Shown here piece by piece: positions 1 to 9,155 of a stretch of 64,000 nucleotides of DNA. The notes beneath the pieces are model-generated. The model was not told the DNA's origin. It saw only the letters and a list, made by a program, of their open reading frames with translations, and made no database searches. The stretch comes from an uncultured Thermoleophilia bacterium. GTDB taxonomy: Bacteria; Actinomycetota; Thermoleophilia; Gaiellales; Gaiellaceae. The position numbers and the translations under genes are program-made. Position 1 is the first letter of the stretch. The number at the start of each line of letters is the position of its first letter. The DNA lies in NCBI GenBank assembly GCA_963727515.1, contig CAVSGN010000008.1:20146-84145 (forward strand), read 5' to 3'.

Positions 1-304
1 CCTGCCCGCGGATCTCGCCGTCGGCGACGTTCCGCGCGCACGCCGCGAGGGCCGCGACCTCGTTCTCGAGCCCGGCGAGAGCAGCGACGCTGGTCGTCGC
101 CCCGATCGTGATCGTGTCTCCGTCGACCGAGACCCCGTCCAGGCCCGCGTTCGACAGCAGGAGCACCCGGCCCGGGCTGAGACGGCCGTACGTGATCTCG
201 GGCAGCACGACCGTGCCACCGCCGATCACGGTCGTCCCGGCCCCGTCGCCGTAGAGCGTCACCGCCTCCTCCGGGGAGGACGGGATGAGAACGTCAGAAG
301 CCAT
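1..304 (-). CDS. FAD-binding subunit of a xanthine dehydrogenase/CoxM-type molybdenum hydroxylase (partial, runs off window start)
   Basis: Manual translation from ATG at 304: MASDVLIPSSPEEAVTLYGDGAGTTVIGGGTVVLPEITYGRL...ITIGATTS...AACARNVADGEIRGQ. The GGGT, IGA and 'IR.Q' elements are typical of FAD_binding_5. SD-like GAAAGGA upstream. Confidence 0.8.
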   Translation of the reverse strand, partial: MASDVLIPSSPEEAVTLYGDGAGTTVIGGGTVVLPEITYGRLSPGRVLLLSNAGLDGVSVDGDTITIGATTSVAALAGLENEVAALAACARNVADGEIRGQ

Positions 305-331
305 GTCGATCCTTTCTCGTTGCAGCAGCCG

Positions 332-514
332 TCACGACTGCTGCTTCCCGGCGATGCCCCAGTGGCTCGGCTCGACACCCTGGATCACGACCTGGATGTG
401 CTCGGGCGCGGCGCCGCTCGATTCGGCGAGCGCGTTCGTGAGGGCCTCGATCATCTTCGGCACGGACTCCTCGGTGACACGGCGGTCGTACAGCTTGACC
501 TCGATCATCGGCAC
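332..514 (-). CDS. 4-oxalocrotonate tautomerase family protein (60 aa)
   Basis: GTG start after AAGGAGG gives (M)PMIEVKLY...IQVVIQGVEPSHWGIAG: N-terminal Pro after Met removal and the W-x-I-x-G motif of the tautomerase family. Confidence 0.88.
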   Translation of the reverse strand: MPMIEVKLYDRRVTEESVPKMIEALTNALAESSGAAPEHIQVVIQGVEPSHWGIAGKQQS

Positions 515-573
515 GGTGTGGCCTCCTTCGGCTCGGCCGATCCCGACGTGGGGTCGACCACTGGGGATGTGGT

Positions 574-590
574 GACAGTGTGACATTGTC
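574..590. promoter_or_regulatory. Candidate TetR operator (imperfect inverted repeat)
   Basis: GACAGTG-TGA-CATTGTC (7-bp arms, 1 mismatch) between the divergent tautomerase and tetR starts. Confidence 0.45.
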
Positions 591-623
591 GTACCGTCCG
601 TGCAACGCTATCGTCCCGACGGA

Positions 624-1199
624 ATGGCACGGGTCGCATCCACCGAGCAGCGCGTCATCGACGGGGCCCGCCGGGCGATCGCGACCGGTGGCTGGCAGGG
701 GGCGACCCTGACCCGCATCGCCGAGGAGGCCGGGGTGTCGCGGATGACGTTGCACCGGCGCGGACTCGGTCGGGACGAGATCTTCGCGCTGCTCGCGCGC
801 GACTACGAGGACGCCTTCAGAGCTGCGCTCTGGCCGTTCGTGACCGGGCGCGGCACCGGGGCCGAGCGACTCCACGCGACGCTCGTCGCGGTCTGCGAGG
901 TGACCGAGGACCACCTCTCGTTCCTCGCGGCGCTCGACGAGGAGGCGGACAGGCGGTTCTTCCACGAATCCGTCGGGGAGGTTCGCTCCCGTGACGGCTA
1001 CATCAATCCGATCGAGCGACTGCTCGCCGACGGCATCGCCGACGGGTCGATCAGGACGGTCGACGTGGAGGAGACGGCGACGGTGCTCGTCAACGCCGTC
1101 GACCGCACGTATCGCCACCTTCGGCGCGCGCACGACTGGGACGAGGAGCGCTCGCGCACGGCGCTGATCGATCTCGTCCTTCGCGGCCTGCTTCCCTAG
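624..1199 (+). CDS. TetR/AcrR family transcriptional regulator
   Basis: N-terminal HTH: GWQGATLTRIAEEAGVSRMTLHRR; C-terminal LLADGIADGSIR typical of TetR_C. Confidence 0.92.
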   Translation: MARVASTEQRVIDGARRAIATGGWQGATLTRIAEEAGVSRMTLHRRGLGRDEIFALLARDYEDAFRAALWPFVTGRGTGAERLHATLVAVCEVTEDHLSFLAALDEEADRRFFHESVGEVRSRDGYINPIERLLADGIADGSIRTVDVEETATVLVNAVDRTYRHLRRAHDWDEERSRTALIDLVLRGLLP

Positions 1200-1215
1200 G
1201 CCGGCCGCGTTGCCG

Positions 1216-2217
1216 CTAGAAGGGCGGGCTCGCATAGACGCCGTCCACGAGGGTGGCCGGATCCGGAGCGGGTGCGGTGTCGGCCTCGGCGAGGCCGGCA
1301 TCGATCTCGGCCGTCGCCGCCTCCCGCATCCTTCCGATCGCGTCGGGATCGACGCCGTCGAGCGCAAGCCGGGCGGCGAGGCGCCCGATCGGGTCGAAGC
1401 GCTCGGCGAACTCCTCCCGCATGCCGGAAGGCATGTAGCGCGCGTCGTCGTGCCCGGCGTGGCCGTGCATGCGCACCGTCAGCGCCTCGACCGCCTGGGG
1501 GCCGTTCCCGTTTCGCGCCCGCTCGACGGCCGCGCGAACCGTGTCGAGCACTGCCAGCGCGTCGGTGCCGTCGACGCGCTCGGCCGGGATCGACCAGCCG
1601 CCGTAGATCCGTTGGGCGATGTTCGTGTTGACCATCTGGCGGGCGACGGGTGTCGAGTACGAGTAGCGATTCGCCTGGATCACGAACACCGCCGGCACCT
1701 GCCAGACGGCAGCGAGATTGAGCCCCTCGTGGGTGTCGCCGACGGAGAACGCGCCTTCGCCGAGGAACGTCAGAGCGACGCGCCGCTCGCCCCGCCGCTT
1801 GAACGCGAGGGCGGCTCCCGTGACGAGCGGGACGAGATCCCCGAGCATCGAGACGAGCGGGAACACGCCTCGCTCGGGCGCTCCGAAATGCATGTTGCCG
1901 TCTCGGCCGAGAGTGGGGCTCGTCGCCTTGCCGAAGAAGTTGCGGAAGACGTCCGCCGGCGTCGCGCCGCGCGCGAAGTGGCACGCGAGCTCCCGGTTCA
2001 GCGGGGCGACGACGTCCTCGGGCCCGAGCGCGAGCCCCGCGCCGGCGGCGACTCCTTCCTGGCCGCGACCGGTGTAGACAGAGCCCGGAACCCTCCCCTG
2101 GCGGTAGAGGGTCATGATGCGATCCTCGAACAGGCGCTGGAGGAGGACGAGGCGGAAGAGAGCGATGCGATCGTCGGCGTCGACCGAGGGCGTTGCTGCG
2201 CAGGGCTCGATCGGCAT
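1216..2217 (-). CDS. ThDP-dependent 2-oxoacid dehydrogenase E1 alpha subunit
   Basis: GQEG, GEGAFSVGDTHEGLNLAAVW ThDP-binding motif and RMHGHAGHDDARY loop; start coupled (TGATG) to the beta-subunit stop. Confidence 0.9.
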   Translation of the reverse strand: MPIEPCAATPSVDADDRIALFRLVLLQRLFEDRIMTLYRQGRVPGSVYTGRGQEGVAAGAGLALGPEDVVAPLNRELACHFARGATPADVFRNFFGKATSPTLGRDGNMHFGAPERGVFPLVSMLGDLVPLVTGAALAFKRRGERRVALTFLGEGAFSVGDTHEGLNLAAVWQVPAVFVIQANRYSYSTPVARQMVNTNIAQRIYGGWSIPAERVDGTDALAVLDTVRAAVERARNGNGPQAVEALTVRMHGHAGHDDARYMPSGMREEFAERFDPIGRLAARLALDGVDPDAIGRMREAATAEIDAGLAEADTAPAPDPATLVDGVYASPPF

Positions 2218-3242
2218 CAGTACGCGAGCAGCTCGTCGAGGGCGGCGACCGTGCTGTCGACCGAGGGCATGTACGCGTCCTCGAGCTCGGGCGCGAACGG
2301 GACGGGCGTGTCGGGCGGAGCGTGCAGAGCGGGTGGCGCGTCCAGATGCTCGAAGGCGCGCCGTGCGACGAGCGACATGACGACACCCGCGGCGCCCGTC
2401 GAGCGGGAGGCCTCCTGCAGGACGAGGACGCGGGAGGTCTTCTCGATCGAGGTGAGAATCGCCTCGTCGTCGAGCGGCCAGATCGTGCGCAGGTCGACGA
2501 TCTCGATGTCGGCCTCGACCGTCTCCGCGGCCGCGAGCGCGGTCGTGACGCCGGAGCCGTAGGTGACGACCGTCGCATCCGATCCGACGCGCGCGATCGT
2601 GGCGGGACCGATCGGAGTGCGATGGCTCGTCGGCGGTGCGTCTGCCCGAAGCGTGCGATAGAGCCTCTTGTGCTCGAAGTAGAGGACGGGGTCGGGATCG
2701 TCGATCGCCGCGCGGAGAAGCCCGTAGGCGTCCTCGACGCTGCCGGGGCAGACGATCTTGAGCCCGGCCGTCCCGACGAACCACCCCTCCGGCGAGCCTG
2801 CATGGAACGGGCCACCGCGCACGCCGCCCCCGGTCGGGCAGCGGATCGTGACGGGGATGCTCTGCCCCGAGCGCCAGTGCGTCTTCGCGGCGACCGTGAC
2901 GATGGGGTCGAAGGCACACGTGATGAAGTCCGCGAACTGCAACTCGACGACGGGGCGCTCTCCCATCCAGGCCGCTCCGATCGCCGCGCCGACGAACCCT
3001 TCCTCCGAGATCGGCGTGTCCATCACGCGCTCCTCCCCGAACTCCTCGAACAATCCGGCGGTAACGCCGAAGGCGCCTCCGAAGACGCCGATGTCCTCCC
3101 CGAGCAGGAAGACGCGATCGTCCTCGCGCATCGCGTCCTGCAGGGCGGCGCGAATCGCTTCGAGGTAGGTGATCTCGCCGCCGGTCGCGCCGGCGGAGGG
3201 CTCGCCAGGTGCCGGGAGGTGGCCGACGCTCGTCACGGCCAT
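2217..3242 (-). CDS. 2-oxoacid dehydrogenase E1 beta subunit
   Basis: ITYLEAIRAAL, VFLLGEDIG, DTPISEEGFVG, PVVELQFADF, GGPFHA, EIVDLRTIWPLD motifs. Confidence 0.92.
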   Translation of the reverse strand: MAVTSVGHLPAPGEPSAGATGGEITYLEAIRAALQDAMREDDRVFLLGEDIGVFGGAFGVTAGLFEEFGEERVMDTPISEEGFVGAAIGAAWMGERPVVELQFADFITCAFDPIVTVAAKTHWRSGQSIPVTIRCPTGGGVRGGPFHAGSPEGWFVGTAGLKIVCPGSVEDAYGLLRAAIDDPDPVLYFEHKRLYRTLRADAPPTSHRTPIGPATIARVGSDATVVTYGSGVTTALAAAETVEADIEIVDLRTIWPLDDEAILTSIEKTSRVLVLQEASRSTGAAGVVMSLVARRAFEHLDAPPALHAPPDTPVPFAPELEDAYMPSVDSTVAALDELLAY

Positions 3243-3368
3243 GAGCCTATTCGATGCGACGCTCTTCTCGCCCGCTCGCCGGGTGGCTGCCTGTCGTCCG
3301 GGCGCTGATGTCCGCGCCGCGCTGAAGCACCATCTTCGCGCCGAATCCGACGTCTCATCCTGGTAGCC

Positions 3369-3683
3369 ATGTTGACGGGATTCGACGACGAGGAGCTGGC
3401 GGACGATCTTTCGCTGCGCGAGCGGCAGGAGCGCGAGATCGCGCTCGGGCACTCGCTGACGAAAGCCGAGCACGAGCTCGCGCGCGAGGCGTTCGCGCTC
3501 GGGCGCACGCTCGAGCGGGCGGGCATCCCCTTCGACCCGTTGACGTTCGTCGCGCTACGCATCGTCGAGGGGAGCAGTGACGAGCACGTGGACCCGCTCG
3601 ACTGCCTGAACGTGCTCGTCGCGTTCGGGTTTCTCGAGCGCTCCGTGGCACTCGCGGTGAACTTGCTCGACGAAGCCGCCTGA
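3369..3683 (+). CDS. Hypothetical acidic protein (104 aa)
   Basis: Fills the gap before the AAA gene; composition is protein-like, unlike the Arg/Pro-rich shadow ORFs; no family recognised. Confidence 0.6.
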   Translation: MLTGFDDEELADDLSLRERQEREIALGHSLTKAEHELAREAFALGRTLERAGIPFDPLTFVALRIVEGSSDEHVDPLDCLNVLVAFGFLERSVALAVNLLDEAA

Positions 3684-3712
3684 GGCGCGTCGCGTCGACT
3701 ACGCTCAGTGGG

Positions 3713-4597
3713 ATGAGCGCGTTCCGCACGATCGACGATCTCGAGGGGGCCCTTCGGGCCGCCGACTACCTCCCCGACCGTGGTCTCTCGACCGCGCTGT
3801 TCCTTTCCCTCGCGCTCGAGAAGCCGTTGCTCCTCGAGGGCGAGGCGGGCGTCGGCAAGACCGAGGCGGCAAAGTCCCTCGCGATCGCCACGGGCTCCCG
3901 GCTGATCCGCCTCCAGTGCTACGAGGGCCTCGACGTCGCGCACGCCGTGTACGAGTGGAACTATCCGCGCCAGCTGCTGCACATCCGCGCAGCGCAGGAG
4001 GGAACCGTCTCCGAGGACGAGCTGTTCGGGCCGGAGTTCCTGATCCGCCGGCCGCTCCTCGAGGCGATCGACTCGGACGAGCCGGTCGTGCTGCTGATCG
4101 ACGAGATCGACCGCGCCGATGAGGAGTTCGAGGCGTTCCTGCTCGAGGTCCTCTCCGACTTCCAGATCACCATCCCCGAGCTCGGGACGATCCGGGCGCG
4201 GCGCAAGCCGGCGGTGATCCTCACGTCGAACAGGACGCGAGAGCTGCACGACGCGCTGAAGCGACGCGCCCTGTTCCACTGGATCGGGCATCCGTCGATC
4301 GACCGCGAGATCGAGATCGTCAAGATCCGCGTCCCCGGCGTCTCCGAGCGGCTCGCGGCCGAGGCGGCAGCGTTCGTGCGCGAGTTGCGCGGACTCGATC
4401 TCGCGAAGCCGCCCGGTGTCGCGGAGACGATCGACTGGACGATGGCGCTCAACGCCCTCGGGCGACAGGAGATCGACGCCGACGTCGTCGAGCAGACGCT
4501 CGGCTCGGTGCTCAAGTACCGCGAGGACATCGAGGCCGTGCGCGACGAGACGCTCGCGCACCTCGTCGACACCGCCCGCGCGACAGCGGCGCGGTAG
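3713..4597 (+). CDS. MoxR family AAA+ ATPase (CoxD-like)
   Basis: Walker A LLLEGEAGVGKT, RLQCYEGLD, Walker B LLIDEIDRADEEFEAFLLE, TSNRTRELHDALKRR. Confidence 0.93.
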   Translation: MSAFRTIDDLEGALRAADYLPDRGLSTALFLSLALEKPLLLEGEAGVGKTEAAKSLAIATGSRLIRLQCYEGLDVAHAVYEWNYPRQLLHIRAAQEGTVSEDELFGPEFLIRRPLLEAIDSDEPVVLLIDEIDRADEEFEAFLLEVLSDFQITIPELGTIRARRKPAVILTSNRTRELHDALKRRALFHWIGHPSIDREIEIVKIRVPGVSERLAAEAAAFVRELRGLDLAKPPGVAETIDWTMALNALGRQEIDADVVEQTLGSVLKYREDIEAVRDETLAHLVDTARATAAR

Positions 4598-4603
4598 GCC
4601 GGT

Positions 4604-5731
4604 ATGGCCGACGCGGTCGTCCGCCACGTCGTCACGTTCGGGCGCGTGCTGCGCGAGGTGGGGCTCGAGGTCGGCCCCGGGCGGGTCGCCGACGCGTTGC
4701 GTGGCCTCGACGCGGTCGACCTGACGCGACAGGAGGATGTCTACTTTGCGCTCCGGCAGACGCTCGTCTCCCGGCACGACGAGCTCGATCTCTTCGATCG
4801 CGCGTTCAAGGCGTGGTTCCTGCGCGCTCCGGTGCTCCCACCGGTTCGCGCCACCGAGCGACCGGCCGAGCAGCAGAAGCTCGGTGAGTCGCTCTCCGAG
4901 GCGGGGAGCGGCGAGCAGGACGAGGAGATGGGGGATCCGCTCGAGCTCGGCGCCTCGGGCCACGAGCTCCTGCGGGAGAAGGACTTTGCCGAGATGACGC
5001 CCGACGAGTACCGGCGGGTGCGGCGGCTGATCGCCGCGATCGCCGAGAGCCGCCCCCTGCGGGATTCGCGCCGCCGCCGCTCCGACCCGCGCGGAGACCG
5101 GCTCGACATGCGACGCCTGATCAGGCAGTCCCTGCGCACCGGTGGGGATCCGGTCGATCGGCCCTATCGCGCCCGCAAGGAGGTGCCGCGCAAGCTCGTC
5201 GTGCTGTGCGACGTCTCCGGGTCGATGGATGCGTACGCCCGCGCGCTCGTGCTGTTCCTCCACGCTGCGGTCGGCTCGGGCCCCGGGGTCGAGGCGTTCG
5301 CGTTCGGCACGCGCCTCTCCCGGCTGACGCCGGAGCTCGGCACGCGCGATCCCGAATCGGCCCTCGAGAAGTGCACGGAGGCCGTCACGGACTGGGGGAG
5401 CGGCACCCGGATCGGCGCCTCGCTGAAGGAGTTCAACGACCTCTACGGCAAGCGGGCGCTGTCGCGCGGCGCCATCGTGGTGATCGTCTCGGACGGCTGG
5501 GAGCGCCAGGATCCCGAGCTCGTCGGGCGCGAGATGGAGCGACTCGCTCGCGCCGCCTTTGCCGTGGTCTGGGTCAATCCGTTGAAGGGCAACCCGGAGT
5601 ACCAGCCGCTCGCCGGCGGCATGCGCGCTGCGCTGCCGTACATCGACCGGTTCCTCTCCGGCCATAATCTGAGAAGTCTGGAAGAGCTGGCGGCGGTTCT
5701 CGCCGGCATCGAGAGGAGGCACGCAGCATGA
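4604..5731 (+). CDS. VWA domain protein (CoxE-like)
   Basis: MIDAS LCDVSGSM, WGSGTRIG, VIVSDGWE, VWVNPLKG; adjacent to the MoxR ATPase. Confidence 0.92.
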   Translation: MADAVVRHVVTFGRVLREVGLEVGPGRVADALRGLDAVDLTRQEDVYFALRQTLVSRHDELDLFDRAFKAWFLRAPVLPPVRATERPAEQQKLGESLSEAGSGEQDEEMGDPLELGASGHELLREKDFAEMTPDEYRRVRRLIAAIAESRPLRDSRRRRSDPRGDRLDMRRLIRQSLRTGGDPVDRPYRARKEVPRKLVVLCDVSGSMDAYARALVLFLHAAVGSGPGVEAFAFGTRLSRLTPELGTRDPESALEKCTEAVTDWGSGTRIGASLKEFNDLYGKRALSRGAIVVIVSDGWERQDPELVGREMERLARAAFAVVWVNPLKGNPEYQPLAGGMRAALPYIDRFLSGHNLRSLEELAAVLAGIERRHAA

Positions 5732-6039
5732 AAGAGATCCTGGACGAGGTCGAGCGCTGGCGCGAGGCCGGTGAGAAGGTCGTCGTGGCGACCGTCGTCG
5801 CGACGCGTCGCTCGGCACCCCGCCCCGTCGGCACGAGCCTCGCGATCTCCGAGTCGGGGAAGATGTGCGGCTCGGTCTCCGGTGGCTGCGTCGAGAGCGA
5901 CGTGTACGAGAACGCGATGGACGTGATGCAGTCGGGCGAGGCGAAGATGCTGAGCTACGGGATCACGGACGAGATGGCGTGGGGCGTCGGGCTGCCCTGC
6001 GGCGGCGAGATCGACGTCTTCGTGGAGACCGTCGAGTGA
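5728..6039 (+). CDS. XdhC/CoxI family N-terminal domain protein
   Basis: ATVVATRRSAPRPVG, GSVSGGCVE, GLPCGGEIDVFVE motifs; ATGA overlap with the upstream gene. Confidence 0.9.
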   Translation: MKEILDEVERWREAGEKVVVATVVATRRSAPRPVGTSLAISESGKMCGSVSGGCVESDVYENAMDVMQSGEAKMLSYGITDEMAWGVGLPCGGEIDVFVETVE

Positions 6040-6788
6040 GCCTTCTTCACCGGCTCTCCGAGTTGCGCGATTCCGGCGAGCGCGGCGTGCTGTTCACCGT
6101 CGTCGAAGGCGACGGCATCGGCGGCAAGGAGCTCGTGCTCGAGACCGGCGAACGCGTCGGCGGCGGCGTCCCGGACGCCGCGACGGGCCAGTTCGACGAG
6201 CTCGTCCGTCGCGGCCGCAACAAGCTGCTCTCCCTCGACGGCGATGTGAAGGTGTTCGCGGAGTGGTACGGGCCTCCGCCGCGCCTCTTCGTGTACGGCG
6301 CCGTCGACACCGCCGAGGCGCTCTGCCGGGGTGCCAAGCTGCTCGGCTGGACGGCGATCGTGGGTGATGCGCGCGGCATGTTCCTGTCGGCCGAGCGCAT
6401 GCCGTCGGCCGACGTGTTGATCCAGAAGTGGCCCGAGGAGGCGATCGCGGAGCTCGAGCCGGACCACCAGACGGCCGTTGTCGTCCTGACCCACGACGAC
6501 AAGTTCGACGAGCCGGCATTGAAGGCAGCGCTTGCGAGCGAGGCGTTCTACGTCGGCGCCCTCGGCTCACGCCGCACGACGGAGCGCCGCCGCGGGCGGC
6601 TGCTCGAAGCAGGCGTTGCGGAGGAGCAGCTCGACCGGATCATGGGGCCGTGCGGCCTCGACATCGGCGCGGACACCCAGGAGGAGACGGCACTCGCGAT
6701 CCTCGCGGAGATCCTCGCCGTCCGGGCCGGCCGTGGCGGCGGCCCGCTGCGCGATTCCAAGAACCGGATCCACGTCGAGGTGGTGTAG
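6036..6788 (+). CDS. XdhC family protein, Rossmann (C-terminal) part
   Basis: GTGA-coupled start; PPPRLFVYGA, VVLTHDDKFD, YVGALGSRR, GPCGLDIGADTQEETALAILAEI. Confidence 0.9.
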   Translation: MSLLHRLSELRDSGERGVLFTVVEGDGIGGKELVLETGERVGGGVPDAATGQFDELVRRGRNKLLSLDGDVKVFAEWYGPPPRLFVYGAVDTAEALCRGAKLLGWTAIVGDARGMFLSAERMPSADVLIQKWPEEAIAELEPDHQTAVVVLTHDDKFDEPALKAALASEAFYVGALGSRRTTERRRGRLLEAGVAEEQLDRIMGPCGLDIGADTQEETALAILAEILAVRAGRGGGPLRDSKNRIHVEVV

Positions 6789-6840
6789 AAGGATCCGCGA
6801 TGGAAGAGCGTATCGCCGATCCTTCTACACCACCTCGACG
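6773..6840. terminator. Long perfect hairpin between convergent genes (probable bidirectional terminator)
   Basis: CGTCGAGGTGGTGTAGAAGGATC (6773-6795) and its exact reverse complement (6818-6840); extra GCGAT/ATCGC pairing in the loop; followed by ATATTTT. Confidence 0.6.
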
Positions 6841-6933
6841 CATATTTTCTGCAGGCTTCGCCTGATCCTGAAGGGGCCGGCCCGCCGGCCTGTCTCGGAC
6901 GGGGCCGTCCGGCTGACAGCCGCGCGCCGCTCG

Positions 6934-7419
6934 CTACGACCGTCTTACTGCCCACATCTGTGCAGGCAGCAACGTCCATAGCGGCAGCTCCCTCAGCGTC
7001 GCCCGGGCGTTCCGGCGCTCGAGCGGGAAGGTCACCGTCACCAGGACGTCACTGCCGCGAAGGAGCAATCGGAACGCAGCCTTCGCGCGCGCAGCGTGCC
7101 ACCGCGACGTGACGACGACGACCTCGCGTGCCGCCACGCGACGGATGTCGTCGAGCGCATTCGCCGCGTTGCCCACCGTCGTCCGCGCATCCGGGTCGAC
7201 CACGATCTCGTGGGCGCTGCCGCTCCACGCGGCCGCCATCAGCTCTGCCTCGGAGCGGGTGCCGGGCACGCGCGCCCAACCCGACAGCACCACGACGTCG
7301 CTCGCGGTGCTCACCTCGGCCGCTCGTGCGAGTCGCGCGGCTCCGATCGGATGAAGCTCGTCACGACCGCCGTCGGCATACCCGAGCACGACGATGACGC
7401 GCGGCGACCCCTCGCTCAC
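6934..7419 (-). CDS. YdcF/DUF218 family protein
   Basis: IVVLG, VVLSG, SEAELM, ARTTVGNA, VVVTSRWHAARA motifs. Confidence 0.85.
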   Translation of the reverse strand: MSEGSPRVIVVLGYADGGRDELHPIGAARLARAAEVSTASDVVVLSGWARVPGTRSEAELMAAAWSGSAHEIVVDPDARTTVGNAANALDDIRRVAAREVVVVTSRWHAARAKAAFRLLLRGSDVLVTVTFPLERRNARATLRELPLWTLLPAQMWAVRRS

Positions 7420-8144
7420 GAGTGGCGACGGCGCAGCCAGCGGAAGAACAGCAGCGTCCCGATCACCGTCAGCACGAGCTTGACGGCCTTCTTGCCCTGC
7501 AGCTTCGACTCGCCGCTCGCCCGGTCGCGCATGTGAACCGGCACCTCCGTGACCCGGAGGCCCTCGGCCTTCAACCGGAGCAGCGCCTCCACCTCGGGCG
7601 CACCGCTCGCGTACGGCTCCGCCATCACCGGCATCGCCTTCGCGTTCACGGCGGCCATCCCGCTCGTCGGGTCGTGAAACGGCCGCCCCAGGCGCACGTG
7701 CATCGCCTTCTGGAGCAGTCCGATGCCGAAGCGGCGGCTCGCGGAGGGAACATACCGCTCGCCGTCGTAGCCGTCGGCCTCGGCGAATCGCGAGCCCACG
7801 GCGACGTCACACGTGCCGGCCTTTACGAGCTCGAGCAGCCGCGCGAGCTCGGCGACCGGGTGCTGGCCGTCGGCGTCGACGCGCCCGCAGAACGCGTAGC
7901 CGCGCTCGGACGCCTCGCGATAGCCCGCCGCGATGCCGGCGCGGAGGCCCCTGTTCTCGCCGAACGAGACGACCGTCGCGCCCGAGGCGCGCGCGACCTC
8001 TGCGGTGCCGTCCGTCGAGCCGTCGTCGATCACGAGCACGTCCGCGTCGGGAAGAATCGATCCGAGCTCCGCGAGCACGGCAGGGAGGTTCGCCTCCTCG
8101 TTCCAGGCCGGGACGAAGACGACCGTGTCGGAGCCGCCGGGCAT
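7416..8144 (-). CDS. Glycosyltransferase family 2 (DPM1-like)
   Basis: VFVPAWNEE, VLVIDDGSTDGT, DADGQH, DPTSG, EVPVHMRDRASGESK. Confidence 0.92.
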   Translation of the reverse strand: MPGGSDTVVFVPAWNEEANLPAVLAELGSILPDADVLVIDDGSTDGTAEVARASGATVVSFGENRGLRAGIAAGYREASERGYAFCGRVDADGQHPVAELARLLELVKAGTCDVAVGSRFAEADGYDGERYVPSASRRFGIGLLQKAMHVRLGRPFHDPTSGMAAVNAKAMPVMAEPYASGAPEVEALLRLKAEGLRVTEVPVHMRDRASGESKLQGKKAVKLVLTVIGTLLFFRWLRRRHS

Positions 8145-8223
8145 GCAGCGCAGGGTACAGCGCGGGACAATCGATGTCGTGTTAGCGTCGAGGCGACAGC
8201 CTCCGTCATGAAAGGGGACCGAA

Positions 8224-9146
8224 GTGCCGGGTATCGACGCCAAGTCACGTGCGATCTACGACCTCGTCGAAGAGGGCTCGGGTGTCGAGCAGCTTGCGAC
8301 AGGTTTTACGTTTACCGAGGGGCCGATCTGGCATCCCTCCGAGCAGGTCCTGTACTTCTCGGACATGCCGGCCGACATTCGCCGCAAGGTGACGCTCGAC
8401 GGCACGGTCACCGAGGTCAGGAATCCGGCGTTCAAGTGCAACGGGATGACTCTCGAGGCCGACCTCAACCTGCTCGTCTGCGAGCACGTGACGAGCTCAC
8501 TCGTCCGCGAGCACGCCGACGGCGTGCGCGAGACGCTCGCGTTCCACTGGCAGGGGAAGTACCTGAACAGCCCGAACGACGTCATGCGTTCGCTCCGACG
8601 GCACGATCTACTTCTCCGATCCCTGGTACGGCCGCATGCCCGGGTTCGGCGATCGAGCGCGAGCGCGAGCTCGGCTGGCAGGGCGTCTTCCGGATCCCCC
8701 CGGGCGGAGGGCAGGACGAGCTCGATCTCGCGGTCGCACAGGACGAGTTCGAGATGCCGAACGGCCTCTGCTTCTCGCCCGACGAGAAGCTCATGTACAT
8801 CAACGACACGCCCGGCGCGTACATCAAGGTCTTCGACGTCAACGACGACGGCACCCTCTCGAACTGCCGCATGTTCTTCGAGGGCATCGGCACCGGTGTG
8901 ATCGAGGAGGGCATCCCGGATGGAATGAAGTGCGACGAGCTCGGCAACATCTGGGTGACCGGCCCCAGGGGTGTCTGGGTGATCTCGCCCGAGGGCGAGC
9001 ACCTCGGCACGATCGAGGTGCCGGAGAACGTCGGCAACCACTCGTGGGGCGGGCCGGACTGGCACACCCTGTTCATCCCTTCTTCGTCGTCGGTCTACAC
9101 GATCACGACGAAGGTCGGCCCACGGCGCGAGCCGTACATGCGATAG
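8224..9146 (+). CDS. SMP-30/gluconolactonase family protein (two frameshifts near 8586 and 8651)
   Basis: FTEGPIWH, NGMT, LNSPNDV, IYFSDPWYG (alternate frame), MPNGLCFSPDEK, PDGMKCDELGNIWV, stitched across three frames. Confidence 0.85.
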
Positions 9147-9155
9147 GAGGATGCA

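Noticed and set aside
3233-5818. Long antisense and alternative-frame ORFs here and throughout (e.g. 9885-11594, 26755-27735, 54733-56286, 60065-61750)
   Set aside because: They overlap well-supported genes and are Arg/Pro/Gly-rich shadows expected in high-GC DNA.
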